Below are positions 12,985-25,984 of a DNA stretch of 64,000 nucleotides, piece by piece. The DNA is from Octopus sinensis (taxonomy: Eukaryota). Location of the stretch: NCBI RefSeq assembly GCF_006345805.1, contig NC_042998.1, forward strand, positions 93,248,001 through 93,312,000. The letters run 5' to 3'. Made by a program: the position numbers and the translations under genes. The first letter of the stretch is position 1. Each line of letters begins with the position of its first letter. A model generated the notes under the pieces. It saw nothing but the letters and a program-made list of their open reading frames with translations, had not been told where the DNA came from and did no database searches.

Positions 12985-13385
12985 TTTTATTCTTTTACTT
13001 GTTTCAGTCATTTGACTGTGGCCATGCCGGAGCACTGCCTTTGTTCGAGTATATCGACCCCAGGACATATTCTTTGTTAGCCTGGTACTTATTCTATTGG
13101 TCTCTTTTGCTGAACTGCTAAGTTACGGGGACATAAACACACCAGCATCAGTTGTCAAGCAATGTTGGGGGGACAAACATACACACACACACACACACAT
13201 ACACATATTTATATACATATATACAACGGGCTTCTTTCAGTTTCCATCTACCAAATCCACTCACAAGGCTTTGGTCAGCCCGAGGCTATAGAAGAAGATA
13301 CTTGCCCAAGGAGCCATGCAGTGGGACTGAACCCAGAACCATGTGGTTCGTAAGCAAGCTACTTACCACACAGCCACTCCTATTC
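12985..13385 (-). mobile_element. SINE family B, near full length, with internal (CA)/(TA) microsatellite
   Basis: Head GGAGTGGCTGTGTGGTAAG, core, microsatellite, and tail ...GACTGAAACAAGTAAAAGA on -. Confidence 0.85.
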
Positions 13386-13503
13386 CCATTTAGTTCACTT
13401 TTTTCTACCAAATCCTTCAAAATCTTTTCAATAAAAGTTTAATTATTTTTACGATACAAATGAAATGTATGTTATGTCAACATATTTATTCAATACAATT
13501 TGT

Positions 13504-13542
<39 letters not shown>

Positions 13543-13628
13543 TGTGTATATATATATATATATGTATGTATATATGTATCTATATATGTATATATATACA
13601 TATATATATGTGTGTGTATATATATATA

Positions 13629-13699
<71 letters not shown>

Positions 13700-15662
13700 T
13701 ATATACTGTAATGTTACCTAACAGACAGAACTATGCAATGATATTCATTAAAACTCAGCCTGGTGTGGGAAGATAATATCTAGCTGTGGTGAGACGTTTT
13801 AGTAGCAATCTAACATGTTATTCTATATATCAATTTCTCTTAAGCTGTTTATCAAGGTGTTAGCTTATGTTTGAGAAGTGTCAGCTGATTTGAAACGCTG
13901 CACAACATAGCAGCATTAGTGTGAAATTAAACAGTGTAGTAATAAATAAACCTATAGAACAAGTCAGCAAATAAAAGAAAGAAATAGTGATGTGTTGATG
14001 AGTTGCTTCAGAGCTTGTTTCAAAATCAACTGACTGGATTAAAGATAGGAAGGTGTATATGGATGAAGAAAATATCAGCAGGTATATCAGGTGACTGAAA
14101 TACAATATTAATGGATGTGTGGGATGGAAGGAAGTGAGATAGCATGTGTACATGGAATGCAAAACATTTGAAACAAGGCAAATACTGGGAAATGTAATGA
14201 AGAAAAGATTACTTTAACACTGGACAATGGAGGGCAGTAAATGAAAAGGAAACACATGCACACGCGCACACACACACACACACACACATACACATAAACC
14301 CAACAAAACATACGTAGAACAAAATAACCAAAAAACCTCAGCAATTGGAGAAATGTGATTATTTGAAACTGTGATGAATTTATATTAAATTTTGGGAAAT
14401 TAATCTGGGATTGAATAGAGAATACATATTTTATTTATTTAATCAAAAACTGTGGAAATGGATATACTGACTACAAGAAACAGAATTCCAAAAGTGATTG
14501 CTTGGTGAAAATGTAGCAAGATATTACGGAGGCGTACTGAAAATGCATCTTGGTATGAACGCATACATAGACATAATGAGACAATGAAGAAACCTGTACA
14601 TGATCATCCAACTTGCTAGAAACAGTTGCCATGTTCTCTTCAGAGTACATACTCTAAATAAGGAACGGACACACTAGATGGAAAAAAACCCAGAAAATCA
14701 TAGACTAGATGGTCACCACAGGAACATCTTTGAACAGAGATGATCAACAATAAATATAAATATATAAACACTAGTTTCCTCGTTGTCGTCATCATCATCA
14801 TCATCAGCATCCTCAGCAGCAGCAGGAGCATCAGTGTTCTCCACCTCCTCTTCCTCATTCTCCTCCTCATCATCATCATCATCATTTTAATGTATACTTT
14901 TCCATGTCTGAATGGGTCAAACAATACTACAGTAGGGCAGAATTTTGCTTTGCCCAGATGCTTTTCCTGTTGCTAACTCTTCTCTCCTTGTTTGTTTCCT
15001 AGGGAGGTAATAATCTCCCAATTCATGGAACAGCTAACAGCCCAGGCATGTTTTATGCAGGAAGCTGGAAGCAAGCAACACTGTTTAAGGCAGAGTTTGT
15101 AAACAAACCAGTGAATGCAAGGGAGACACACAAGCACATACATGCACCCAGACAAATATACATATACATATATCCTCATCATCATCATCATCACCATCAT
15201 CATCACTTGATTTCCAAATCCACTCACAAGTCTTTGATGGACCCAGGGCCATAGGTGAAGTCATTTATCCAAGGTGCCAAAATAGTTGAATTAAAATTGG
15301 AGCCACATGATTGGGAAGCAAACTTCTCAACCACTTGTCAATGCTTCCATTTGCATTACCTGTGCATATATAAAAAGTCAAAGGTTGCCATTGGGACTCA
15401 AACCCACATTATCTGTAAATATGGTAGATGTTCTAACTATTATATCAAAGCAACTATTTGGATTTACTAATTTACCAGCATAGGAAATGTTTTACATTCT
15501 TCTTTTCCATTTTTTTCCTTTTAGTACTGGTTTCACCCTCAAAACTGTGGCCTTGCTGGAGCACCAACATGATGGAAAATATCCAGCTTTTGTATTTTTA
15601 AAAAATTAACATTAACTGACATAAAATTGGATCAGTCATATACATAAATCTTATAGATTTAT

Positions 15663-15930
15663 TTAGGGTATGCAATTATATTCTCAGGATATGGAGATCA
15701 TTATATATGACAAACCAGAAGGTCTTTAAGACAGTGCATGACTTTTCATAGATCACAAATGAAAATACTGGAATGCAGACAAATAAGACTCAGTGAACAT
15801 ATGGACATATGCTGAGGTTAGACAACTAAATTATACCATTTTCCCTCTACATCAATTCAGTGATTACACAATACAACAACGCATCAACAGAGAAACAAAC
15901 TTCTTAACCAAATACCAGCCAATTCTAAAT
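15663..15930 (+). pseudogene. Penelope-like GIY-YIG endonuclease C-terminal remnant (not in ORF track)
   Basis: Manual translation: LGYAIIFSGYGDHYI*QTRRSLRQCMTFHRSQ..RQIRLSEHMDIC / YTIFPL..QQRINRETNFLTKYQPILN; parallels the PLE ORF end at 26850-27085. Confidence 0.75.
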
Positions 15931-16385
15931 CCCTGTGAGATGGAGAGAGAGGGAGAGGGGGAGGGTTAGGGAGAGAGAGAGAAGAGAGAATTACAATGAA
16001 CCCTACTGATATTAAACTAAAACAACCACAACTACTACAGCCATTAGAATTGCTGCTGTCGCTACAACTAATATTCACTCCTATTGCCAATGCAAGAAGG
16101 AAACTGATAGAAGCCTATTGTATATATGCATGTGTGTGTGTGTGTGTGCATGCGTGTGCATGTGTGTGTGTGTATGCGTGAGTGTGGCTATGCATGGCTT
16201 CATTCTGTATTGTTGTTGTAAATGAATGTCATTCATTTCCAATATTCTGTGAAAACATGTCTGACTATGAGGAAACAGATAAGGATTGGCAACAGGAAAG
16301 GGCATCAGGCCATAGAAAATCTGCCTCAGTAAACTCTGCCTGTTCCATGCAATCATGGAAAATTGGATGATAAAATAATGATGAA

Positions 16386-16418
<33 letters not shown>

Positions 16419-16434
16419 ATATATATATATATTC

Positions 16435-16650
16435 TTTTCTACTCTAGGCACAAGGCCAGAAATTTTGGGGGAGGGGGCCAGTCGATTAGATCAACCACAG
16501 TATGCAACTGGTACTTAATTTATCAGCCCTGAAAGGACGAAAGGCAAAGTTGAGCTTGGTGGAATTTGAACTCAGAATGTACAGACAGATGAAATGCCGC
16601 TTAGCATTTTGCCCGGCATGCTAATGTTTCTGTCAGCTTGCCACCTTGAT
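16435..16650 (-). mobile_element. SINE family A copy
   Basis: Head and core as at 196-420. Confidence 0.8.
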
Positions 16651-16676
16651 ATATACATACATACATACATACATAC

Positions 16677-16727
<51 letters not shown>

Positions 16728-16732
<5 letters not shown>

Positions 16733-19138
16733 CTTGAAGTATTTCATGTTGCAAGACAGGGTGTGAGAGAGAATCATGATGTCGTACGAGAGAAATGTGT
16801 CCACATGGATGATGACTCACTTGCACTAAACGAGGCTGCAAAGAGACAGGTTTGGGGACACCAATATGAAAGGTTGCTCAATAAAGAGAATGAATGGGAG
16901 AAAGAGAGTCTGCTGAATGTTGACCCAACAGAGGGACCAGCTATCCGAATTGACAGTACCTTGGTAGAAAAAGCAATTAAGAGTATGAAGACAGGGAAAG
17001 CTCCTGGCCCATCAGGAATCACTGCAGAGATGCTCAAAATATCTGGCAGTGTCGGCTATAGCCTAGTCACCCATATAGTTAACCAGGTGATACATGAAGG
17101 GGTCATACCCAATGACTGGTGTACCAGCACCATAGTCAACTGTTACAAAGGTAAAGGTGATGCTTTAGATACAAATAATTACAGAGGTATCAAGTTGTTG
17201 GATCAGATAATGAAGGTCACAGAGAGAGTCATAGCCCAACTAATTAGGGAGAAAGTCATTTTAGATGAGATGCAGTTCGGATTCATGCCAGGGAAAAGCA
17301 TCACTGATGCTATATTTCTGGTAAGACAGCTGCAGGAGAAATACCTAGCCAAAGATAAACCTCTGTACCTGGCTTTTGTTGACATGGAGAAATCCTTTGA
17401 CAGGGTACCCCAATCACTTATCTGGTGGTCAATGTGGAAACTAGAGATAGATGAGTGGTTAGTGAGAGCTGTATAAGCCATGTACAGGGATGCTGTCAGT
17501 AAGGTGAGGGTTGGGCAACAAGTATAGTGAAGAATTCCAGGCAGGAGGGTTCACCAAGGATCAGTCCTCAACCCCCTCTTATTCATCATAATCCTCCTGG
17601 CAATAACTGAGGAATTCAAGACAGGATGCCTCTGGGAGCTTCTCTATGCTGATGACCTTGCTCTAATAGCTGAGTCACTACCAGAACTAGAGGAGAAGTT
17701 TCAGGTGTGGAAGCAAGGTCTAAACTTGAAGGGCCTTAGAGTCAATCTAGCAAAAACCAAAGTCTTAATAAGTAGGAAGGCAGACAAACCACAAATTCCT
17801 TCAGGTAGATAGCCCTGCTCGATCTGTAGTAGAGGCATAGGTAGAAACTCTATAAGATGTACCTGGTGTAAGCTATGGACACATAAGAGGTGCAACAATA
17901 TCAAAGGAAGGCTAACTAGGAAGATAGTTTTTGTATGTGGAAGATGCTCAGGAGCAATAAACACTGAAAATGTGCAGAGAACAACTTCTGCCACATTCCA
18001 GGGAGAGAAGCTAGAAGTTGATAGCTTCCATTACCTAGGTGACCAAGTCAGTAGCAGGCATGGGTGCTCTGAAAGTGTAGCTGCTAGAAAAGTTCAGAGA
18101 GTTCCTACCTCTGTTAATGACAAACTCTTGCTCAGAGTAAAAGATAGACTGTATGACGCATGTGTGCGAACAGCCATGCTACATGGCAGTGAAACATGGG
18201 CTGTGGCTGCTGAGGATATGCGTAAGCTTGCAAGGAATGAAGCCAGTATGCTCTGCTGGATCTGTAATGTCAGTGTGCATATTTGACAGAGTGTAAGTGC
18301 CTTCAGAGAAAGGTTGGACCTAAGAAGCATCAGATGTGGTGTGCAAGAGAGACGACTGCACTGGTATGGTCATGTGGTGTGAATGGATAAGGATAGCTGT
18401 GAGAAAAAGTGTCGCACTCTAGTGGTTGAGGGAAACTGTAGAAGAAGTAGACCCAGGAAGACCTGGGATGCAGTGGTGAAGCACGACTTTCGAACATCAG
18501 GCCTCACTGAGACAATGACGAGTGACCAAAACCTTTGAAAATATGCTGTGCTTGAAAAGACCCGGCAAGCCAAGTGAGACCATAACCCGTGGCCTATGCC
18601 AGTGGTGTAACCAGCCCACTTAGGCATACCTTTCTTTCATTCGACACTAAATTCTGCTTGCGAAAACTTGTTGAGTCAAGTGAAATCAAAATCAAGTTTG
18701 ATGACAACACTGCATGACTGGCATCTGTGCTAGTGGAGCACTAAGAGCACCAGCAGAATGTGATCATTTCTAGGGCCACTGACTAGACCCCATGACAGTG
18801 GCATGTAAAAAGCACCATTTGTGCTGTTGTATGTGAAAAACAACATTCAAGAGAGGGTGTTGCCAGTGCCGCTGGACTGGCTCCTGTGCAGGTGACACAT
18901 AAAATCACCATCTGAGCGGGGCCGTTGCCAACACTGCCTGACTGGCCCTTGTGCCAGAGGCACGTAAAAGCACCCACTACACTCTCGGAGTGGTTGGCAT
19001 TAGGAAGGGCATCAAGCTGTAGAAACTCTGCCAGATCATATTGGAGCGAGCCTTGTGCAGCCATCTGGCTCACCAGTCCCCAGTCAAACTGTCCAACCCA
19101 TGCCAGCATGGAAAGCGGACGTTAAACGATGATGATGA
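16728..19138 (+). mobile_element. 5'-truncated RTE LINE with complete but disrupted RT, PHD finger, C-terminus and 3' tail
   Basis: ORF 16646-17476 (RT motifs up to LAFVDMEKSFDRVP), YADD at 17645-17656, HGSETWAV motif, tandem 3' UTR units, (GAT)n end. Confidence 0.95.
17816..17947 (+). other. PHD-type C4HC3 zinc-finger coding segment inside the RTE ORF, downstream of RT
   Basis: CSICSRGIGRNSIRCTWCKLWTHKRCNNIKGRLTRKIVFVCGRC = C-x2-C-x10-C-x2-C-x4-H-x2-C-x14-C-x2-C. Confidence 0.85.
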
Positions 19139-19779
19139 AGATATACACACACACACATGTATGTATATATATATATATATATATATACATACATATACAT
19201 GTGTGTGTGTCTGTGAATAGATATGTGATAACTTGAAGTAAAGACCAGAATGAAAATACCTGGTTACTCACTCTGCGTGAAAACTAAATAGTAAGATTAT
19301 GTGTTAACATACTGTATGAAGTCAGACAAAAGATTTTAATTAATAAAATTACATTTGTGGGGAAGAGTGAGAATCAGTGACTTAATGATTAATCCTGAAG
19401 ACAATTCAGAAATTTTAATTAATCAAAAATAATTAAAACCAGAATACAGGCAATACATGAGTGAAATTTTAATAGAATTAAAAGTATATTACTCGTATTT
19501 ATTTTATTGATTTAGTGGAAAATCTCAACTGAAAATTGATGGATTAAAATAATTTTATTAATTTAGTTGAAACTAAATAATATGATGCATTTAGTCCAGT
19601 ATTCTGCTGCGTTGTCTTTTATCACCCTTAATCTTATAATATTGAAAAATGTAAGCTGGCATGGCTGAGTGGTAAAGAACCCTTTTTAGCAAGCCTGTGG
19701 TTTTTTTATTCATTCTCACTGTGTGACACCTTGGACAAATATCATCTACTATAGCCCTGGGCGAATCAATATCTTTTAC

Positions 19780-19994
19780 TTTCTTTTATTCTTTTACTTG
19801 TTTCAGTCATTTGACTGTGGCCATGGTGTAGCACTGCCTTTAGTCAAGCAAACTGACTCCAGGACTTATTCTTTGTAAGCCTAATACTTATTCTATCGGT
19901 ATCTTTTGCCAAACCACTAAGTTTTGGGGATGTAAACACACCAGCATCTGTTGTCAAGTGATGTTGTGGGGACAAACACACAACATATACACAC

Positions 19995-20065
<71 letters not shown>

Positions 20066-20260
20066 CACACACACACATATATATATATGTATGTATGTAT
20101 ATGATGGGCTTCTTTCAGTTTCTGTCTACCAAATCCACTCACAAGGCTTTGGTCAGCCTGAAGCCTTAGTAGAAGACAATTGCCCAAAGTGCCATGCAGA
20201 GGGACTGAACCTAAAACCATGTGGTTGATAAGCAAGCTACTTACCATACTGCCACTCCTG
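19780..20260 (-). mobile_element. SINE family B
   Basis: Tail, microsatellite, core and head on -. Confidence 0.85.
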
Positions 20261-20317
20261 TGCATGAGTGTATATGGTAGACAGGAGCTACATGGAAGAC
20301 CATCATGTTTCTTGGAC

Positions 20318-20445
<128 letters not shown>

Positions 20446-21107
20446 GTGTGTGTGTGTGTGCGTGTGTATATATATATATTTCTGTGTCCTTGTGTCTGTT
20501 TTTGTCCCCTGACTTCACTGCTTGATAACCATGTGGGTTTGTTTACTTACCTATAATTTTGCAGTTCGGTGAAAGAGAGCAATGAAATAAGTGCCAGACT
20601 TAACAAATAAGTACTGGGGTTGATCCTTTTGACTAAAACTCTTCAAAGCAGTGCCCCAGCATGGCCACAGTCAAATGACTAAAACAAGTAAAAAATAAAA
20701 GATAAAGATAAGAATTTAATACTTTTCATGTCACCGAACATTATACTTATTATAAAGGCTGTCATTGAGACTTAGTCTATAATAAATTTAGCTCTCTTTA
20801 GTTTTGGGCCACAGGTCCAATTAGTCCTCTGCAGGAGCTAGTCTGCACGGAGTTTGGCTTTTAAGCTAGTTGTTTATATATCTAAGATATTTTATTATTA
20901 GTAAAATTATGATTATTCAAACTATTACTACCATTTTCAGAGATGAAAATGATTTTTACATTTGCTACATTTTAATAATGTAAAATTACATGAGGCAGTA
21001 TGGTGACAACTTTTTATGTGTTTCAGTCTTATTAGATCTCTTCAGTGAAATATAGTTATTTACTAGTATTGCCTGATAATGTTGGCTTATATACATACAC
21101 ACAGGCA

Positions 21108-21192
<85 letters not shown>

Positions 21193-21653
21193 GTCTGTCT
21201 GTCTGTCTGTCTGTCTGCCTGTCTGCCTGCTTGCCTGTCTATCTGTCTGTTTGTCTGACAGTTTGACAGTGTTCAGCAAACCAGAGGACTGCATTGAGTT
21301 CTAATGTCTATTTCGGCATGATTCATAATGGCTGATACTCTTTCTAATGTCAACCACTTTACAGAGTGCATATAAATATATTTCTATATTTATCTATATA
21401 TCTATCCAGGATCATAGAATCATGAAGATGCACATCCCATTGGCTCTTGAATGTTTTTGAATGTTGGGGTTCATGTATTCACCTGAGGAAAACGTTTTTT
21501 TTTTTTTGTAATGATATAATGTCTAGAAATTAGAAATTCATTGGAAGCAGCTGCTATGAATTAACACATTATCCATCTGTTGTTATTTATTCACACACCT
21601 ACACACACACACACACACACACACATACACACACACTAATATATATACATATA

Positions 21654-21892
21654 CAGGTTGCAATGAATAAACTGTCATCTAAATTATGCAAAAATGAAAA
21701 TAACACTGACATCTCAATTTAACAGATATGTTTACCAAACTTGCATAAAAATATCTTGAAATACTAAAAAGTAAATTTGTTCAATAAAATCACCATTGGC
21801 TTCAATCACAGACTCCAGATGACTTTGGAATCTCCTGCAACTCTTCTGGGCAGTCTCCTTGTTTAAATTGGTGAATGTTGCCATAATCTTAA
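21654..21892 (-). mobile_element. Tc1/mariner 3'-end fragment
   Basis: TA|CAGGTTGCAATG terminus; minus strand encodes ..KSCRRFQSHLESVIEANGDFIE, a Tc1/mariner C-terminus. Confidence 0.65.
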
Positions 21893-22388
21893 AAGGCCGC
21901 ATTTATTTATTTATTATATATGTATATATATATATATATCTTATATATATACATATATAAATATATATATATACATATAAATATATATATATATATATAT
22001 ATAATATATATATATATATCATAAATTAATAAATAAAACATATGCATATATACATACATGTAGTACGTACCTACCTCTACATATATATATATACATGCAT
22101 ATATGGGTACAGGACACCAAAAAAACGTCGAACACCATGAGAAACGAAAACATAAACACAAAACCAAGGAACTGGACATTTTTCTTAAACAACGAAAAAA
22201 TAGAGTACAGGACAAATAACACAAGGAAAATTCCCCTTCTTCAGTCGCCATGGTTTCATCTACTCGCACACACACATACACATATATATTTTGCATCATA
22301 TGTAAACAAACTTAAGTTTGTTTTTGAAGCGTTGAAATGTATTGTAGAACAAGTAGAAAGATATATTTGTTTTCAACATGTAAGCACT

Positions 22389-22536
22389 GAACAGTATATA
22401 TAAAGGATAAAATCCTTTTTAAGAGCAGAAAAATTTGCTGGCAACCAGCCATGAGGATCAAATTCACACCCCTCTATTATCTGGTTGGAGTGCTCTACCC
22501 TTTAAGCCAAACTGTCGACTGGCAAATTCTTCTGCA
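22389..22536 (-). repeat. tRNA-like arm 1 of a 148-bp inverted repeat
   Basis: Diverged reverse complement of 23911-24058. Confidence 0.85.
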
Positions 22537-22549
22537 ATTTAAGAAGTTA

Positions 22550-22904
22550 CTAGCAGTATAGCCTGGTTTGCTTGGAATTAAGTTAGGATTATTAAGCTAA
22601 TCAAGCTCTTTATTTCAAACCAAACTAAGTAACATCGACATCAATTTGAGTGAAATCCATTGAAATTGGTAAACTTTTGGCAGCAATTTTGCAGACAATT
22701 TGATTGGGAAATCCCATAAGGAATCGGTTTATTGATTTTTTCCCCTCATCGATTGCATTTTTTTTTTTCATGTAACCCCACTTTGCACGTGGGTTGAGAA
22801 CCCTTCCAGCAAGGAAAATAGAATGCCCAAAAGGGCCCCTGATCCTCTGTGTGAGAAGCAGTTATGTTCAGATCACAACTAAGTATAAATATATATATAT
22901 GGGC

Positions 22905-22938
<34 letters not shown>

Positions 22939-23310
22939 TATACGTACATACACCTATTGCATACATGTTTTTGCACACCTTTGCCCCTGCCACTGTCCCA
23001 CCACCATCTACTACCCAAGTAATACCATCAATGGAAGCAAATTTGGTACCCAGAAATAAGTTTTGTAACAGGAATAGAGAAGCCTACTTTTTCCCGCAGA
23101 GATGTGAAAGTCATACCGCTCCTTTCGAAAACATGAACAGTTTCAAAACATTGTTTACAAAATAATAGCTGATCATTTGTGAAGGAGTGTGTCTACAGTC
23201 AACACGTAGGTCTTTTGCTCTGGTAACCTCTGCTCTCTCCCATGTTCATGCATGACCAGCTATTTATCGCTATGAGTAGAGCAACGGATTCAGCTAATTT
23301 GGAAAATAGT

Positions 23311-23347
<37 letters not shown>

Positions 23348-23504
23348 GGACAACACACACACACATTGCATACATGTGTTTTGTACACAAACATGCTCAT
23401 GTGTGTGTATGTGTGAATGAAGCCATTCACACATAGGTACATACATAACAACACCTGTCTGTCTATTTTTGCCAGTAAAAAGATGAAATTTTTAAAATCT
23501 GTTA

Positions 23505-23542
<38 letters not shown>

Positions 23543-23873
23543 CCTCCCTCTCTCTACACCGTCGCTAGGAGGGGACTTAACTCATGCTTGCTTTGTAAAC
23601 AATGGTAGGTTTCTCCACCATAAAAATTTAGAAGTTATGGCTCAAAATTATTTACCGCTATTCGCGGGTGCCTCGGGGAAAATAATTTGACGAAAATACA
23701 GCTAGGATCATGACGAATGTCCTCCTAAAATTTGAGTGACATGGGTGCTAAAATTTGAGTGACATGGGTGCTAATTTGTGCATGTGCATAAACTACAATC
23801 ACGTACACACACACAGGCACACACACACACACACACACATACACACATCCTGCCTTATATATATATATACAGA
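22550..23873 (-). mobile_element. Non-autonomous Helitron
   Basis: Minus strand begins A|TCTGTATATATATATATAAGG and ends CCAAGCAAACCAGGCTATACTGCTAG|T, matching the 3' end of the Helitron at 57051-57436; inserted between A and T with no TSD. Confidence 0.7.
23205..23305 (+). pseudogene. PIF1/Helitron helicase motif VI remnant
   Basis: HVGLLL..SPMFMHDQLFIAMSRATDSANL versus the RepHel consensus VG.YL..PVFSHGQLYVA.SR. Confidence 0.55.
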
Positions 23874-23910
23874 TAAAGTCATCCAGAAACGTTAGATGGC
23901 ATATAAATCA

Positions 23911-24058
23911 TGCAGAAGAATTTGCCTGTTGGCAGTTTAGCTTACTGGGTAAAGCATCCCAACTAGATATTGGAGGGGTGTGAGTTCAATCTTCATGGCT
24001 GGTTGCTGGCAAATTTTTCTGCTCTTAAAAAGAATTTTATCCTTTATATATATTGTTC
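23911..24058 (+). repeat. tRNA-like arm 2; degenerate 73-nt cloverleaf at 23931-24003
   Basis: A box TAGCTTACTGG, D stem GCTT/AAGC, anticodon arm CCAA-CTAGATA-TTGG, T arm GTGAG-TTCAATC-TTCAT; poor acceptor stem, so not called a functional tRNA gene. Confidence 0.8.
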
Positions 24059-24102
24059 TATATATACATGTGTATATTATATATATATATATATATATAT
24101 AG

Positions 24103-24259
24103 GCACAGGAGTACCTGTGTGTTAAGTAGCTTGCTTACCAACCACATGGTTCTGGGCTCAGTCCTACTCTGCGGCACCTTGAGCAAATGTCTTCTACTGT
24201 AGCCTCAGTCCAGTCAAACCCTTGTGAGTGGTGTTGGAAGAGAGAAACTGAAAGAAGTC

Positions 24260-24280
<21 letters not shown>
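24103..24280 (+). mobile_element. SINE family B head and core
   Basis: GCACAGGAGT...GGCACCTTGAGCAAATGTC...CTGAAAGAAGTCC. Confidence 0.75.
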
Positions 24281-24299
<19 letters not shown>

Positions 24300-24499
24300 T
24301 ATAGTAATAACTATGGAAGACTGGTGGAATTATTATTTGAATGGACTTAAAGATTGGTCGCTATTTAGTATATAGTTTAGTTATTGTAGATTTACTATGA
24401 ATACCAATACAGATGTACATAGATCTATGTGTTCATTGCTTTAGTTTAATTTTAAAGTTAGTGTTTAATCCTGCCTATATTTGATTGAATACTGTTGTA

Positions 24500-24777
24500 C
24501 AGTGGCAGACTGGCCAGGTTGCCAGCTTGCACAATGGCAAGTGGGCCCCTGTGCCATTAGAATCCATATATGGGGACTCATGTTAGTAAGGGGCCTATCC
24601 TCTCAAGTTTGAGAATTAATTTTTTATTCACTCCTGGAAGAATGCATTAATTATTTCAGCCTGGCTGTGTTCATAGACAGGGGAAGAAGAATACTTTTAA
24701 CAAAACAAAAAAAATGACTGCATAGTAGTTGTGTGTGTCTCCTGGCAACCAATATTTTTATACCCAGTCCACCATAG
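24500..24777. mobile_element. Non-autonomous hAT-like element, older copy of the 50801-51113 family
   Basis: CAGTGGCAGACTGGCC...CCCAGTCCACCA; internal homology to 50801-51113; TSD not recognisable. Confidence 0.65.
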
Positions 24778-24995
24778 GATAAATATGTTTGAAACTTGTA
24801 TGTTTTGTTTTTCCGTCTGTTTGTTCCCAAACAGTACTTCTTTAAGTGCTGTTGACATTGCCAGATTGATTGGTACTACCCAGGTGTCAAAACCATGATG
24901 ACATCCGTGGGGCAGCTGATGATGGAGATATGTTTGATTGTTGGTATGGCTGCTTTTGTATAATAGTGTTGTAACACATCCTTTTGATATATATA

Positions 24996-25031
<36 letters not shown>

Positions 25032-25425
25032 TGTATGTATGTATATATACACAAATACAAACACACGCATTTTATATGTAGTAATGGAATAACATTGTTA
25101 ATTTGAATTATGACAGCAATGTAATAAACACATTGCCTTGCATCATGAAAGATGCTGAGTCCTCAATCCCAAACTATGTTATATGGTATATAATAAAGTG
25201 TGATATACAGCTTAACTTAGAAATTATAAGCTACACTTCATCATTGACATTAAAAATCATTTGCCAACTACACTAAACCAATACTTCGTTACTTTTAATG
25301 CTATTTGAATCAGTAGAATTAATGAGGTGTATTATATTAGATTGTGTTTGATTTATGGTATGGAGTTATAAATATATGATCAGATATTGCTAACTGAGGC
25401 AAATGATGAAAGACCTGTATGTGTA

Positions 25426-25457
<32 letters not shown>

Positions 25458-25856
25458 TCTGTATATTCATATATATTTGTGTGCATGTGTGTGTTTGTGT
25501 GTATATATACATAAATACATATATATATGTGATATATGTATATATATATGTGTAATATGTATATATATACATATACATATATAAGCATATGTATATATAT
25601 ATATGTATGTGTATATATTTATATACATATATATACATATATATATACTTATATAACGGGAAGCTTTATGAAAATAAACAAAAGACGAAGGCAGGTGGAA
25701 AACAATACTTATATATACATATATATAATACACACACACACACACGCACACACACACACACACACACACCACACACATATGTATTTCGTATTTCAGATTT
25801 TATGATTTCTTATTTCATGTTGTTTACATTTTGTGATGTCCTGTACCCATATATGC

Positions 25857-25915
<59 letters not shown>

Positions 25916-25984
25916 CATATAAATGTCAGTATGTACATATATGTATGTATATATGCTTATATATATTTATTCATATATATATAA

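Noticed and set aside
14010-14085. Candidate exon LVSKSTDWIKDRKVYMDEENISR|GT
   Set aside because: Protein-like by eye only; no homology I can name.
22086-22265. Repeat with CTGAAGA followed by an AGGGGAA/TTCCTT hairpin on - (shares its TGTCCTGTACCCATATATGCAT end with about 25837-25858)
   Set aside because: No GAAA after the hairpin and no stem I or III, so no hammerhead can be built; family unclassified.
23931-24003. Functional tRNA-Ser(AGA) gene
   Set aside because: Mismatched acceptor stem, no long variable arm, and embedded in a repeat arm; kept only as tRNA-like.
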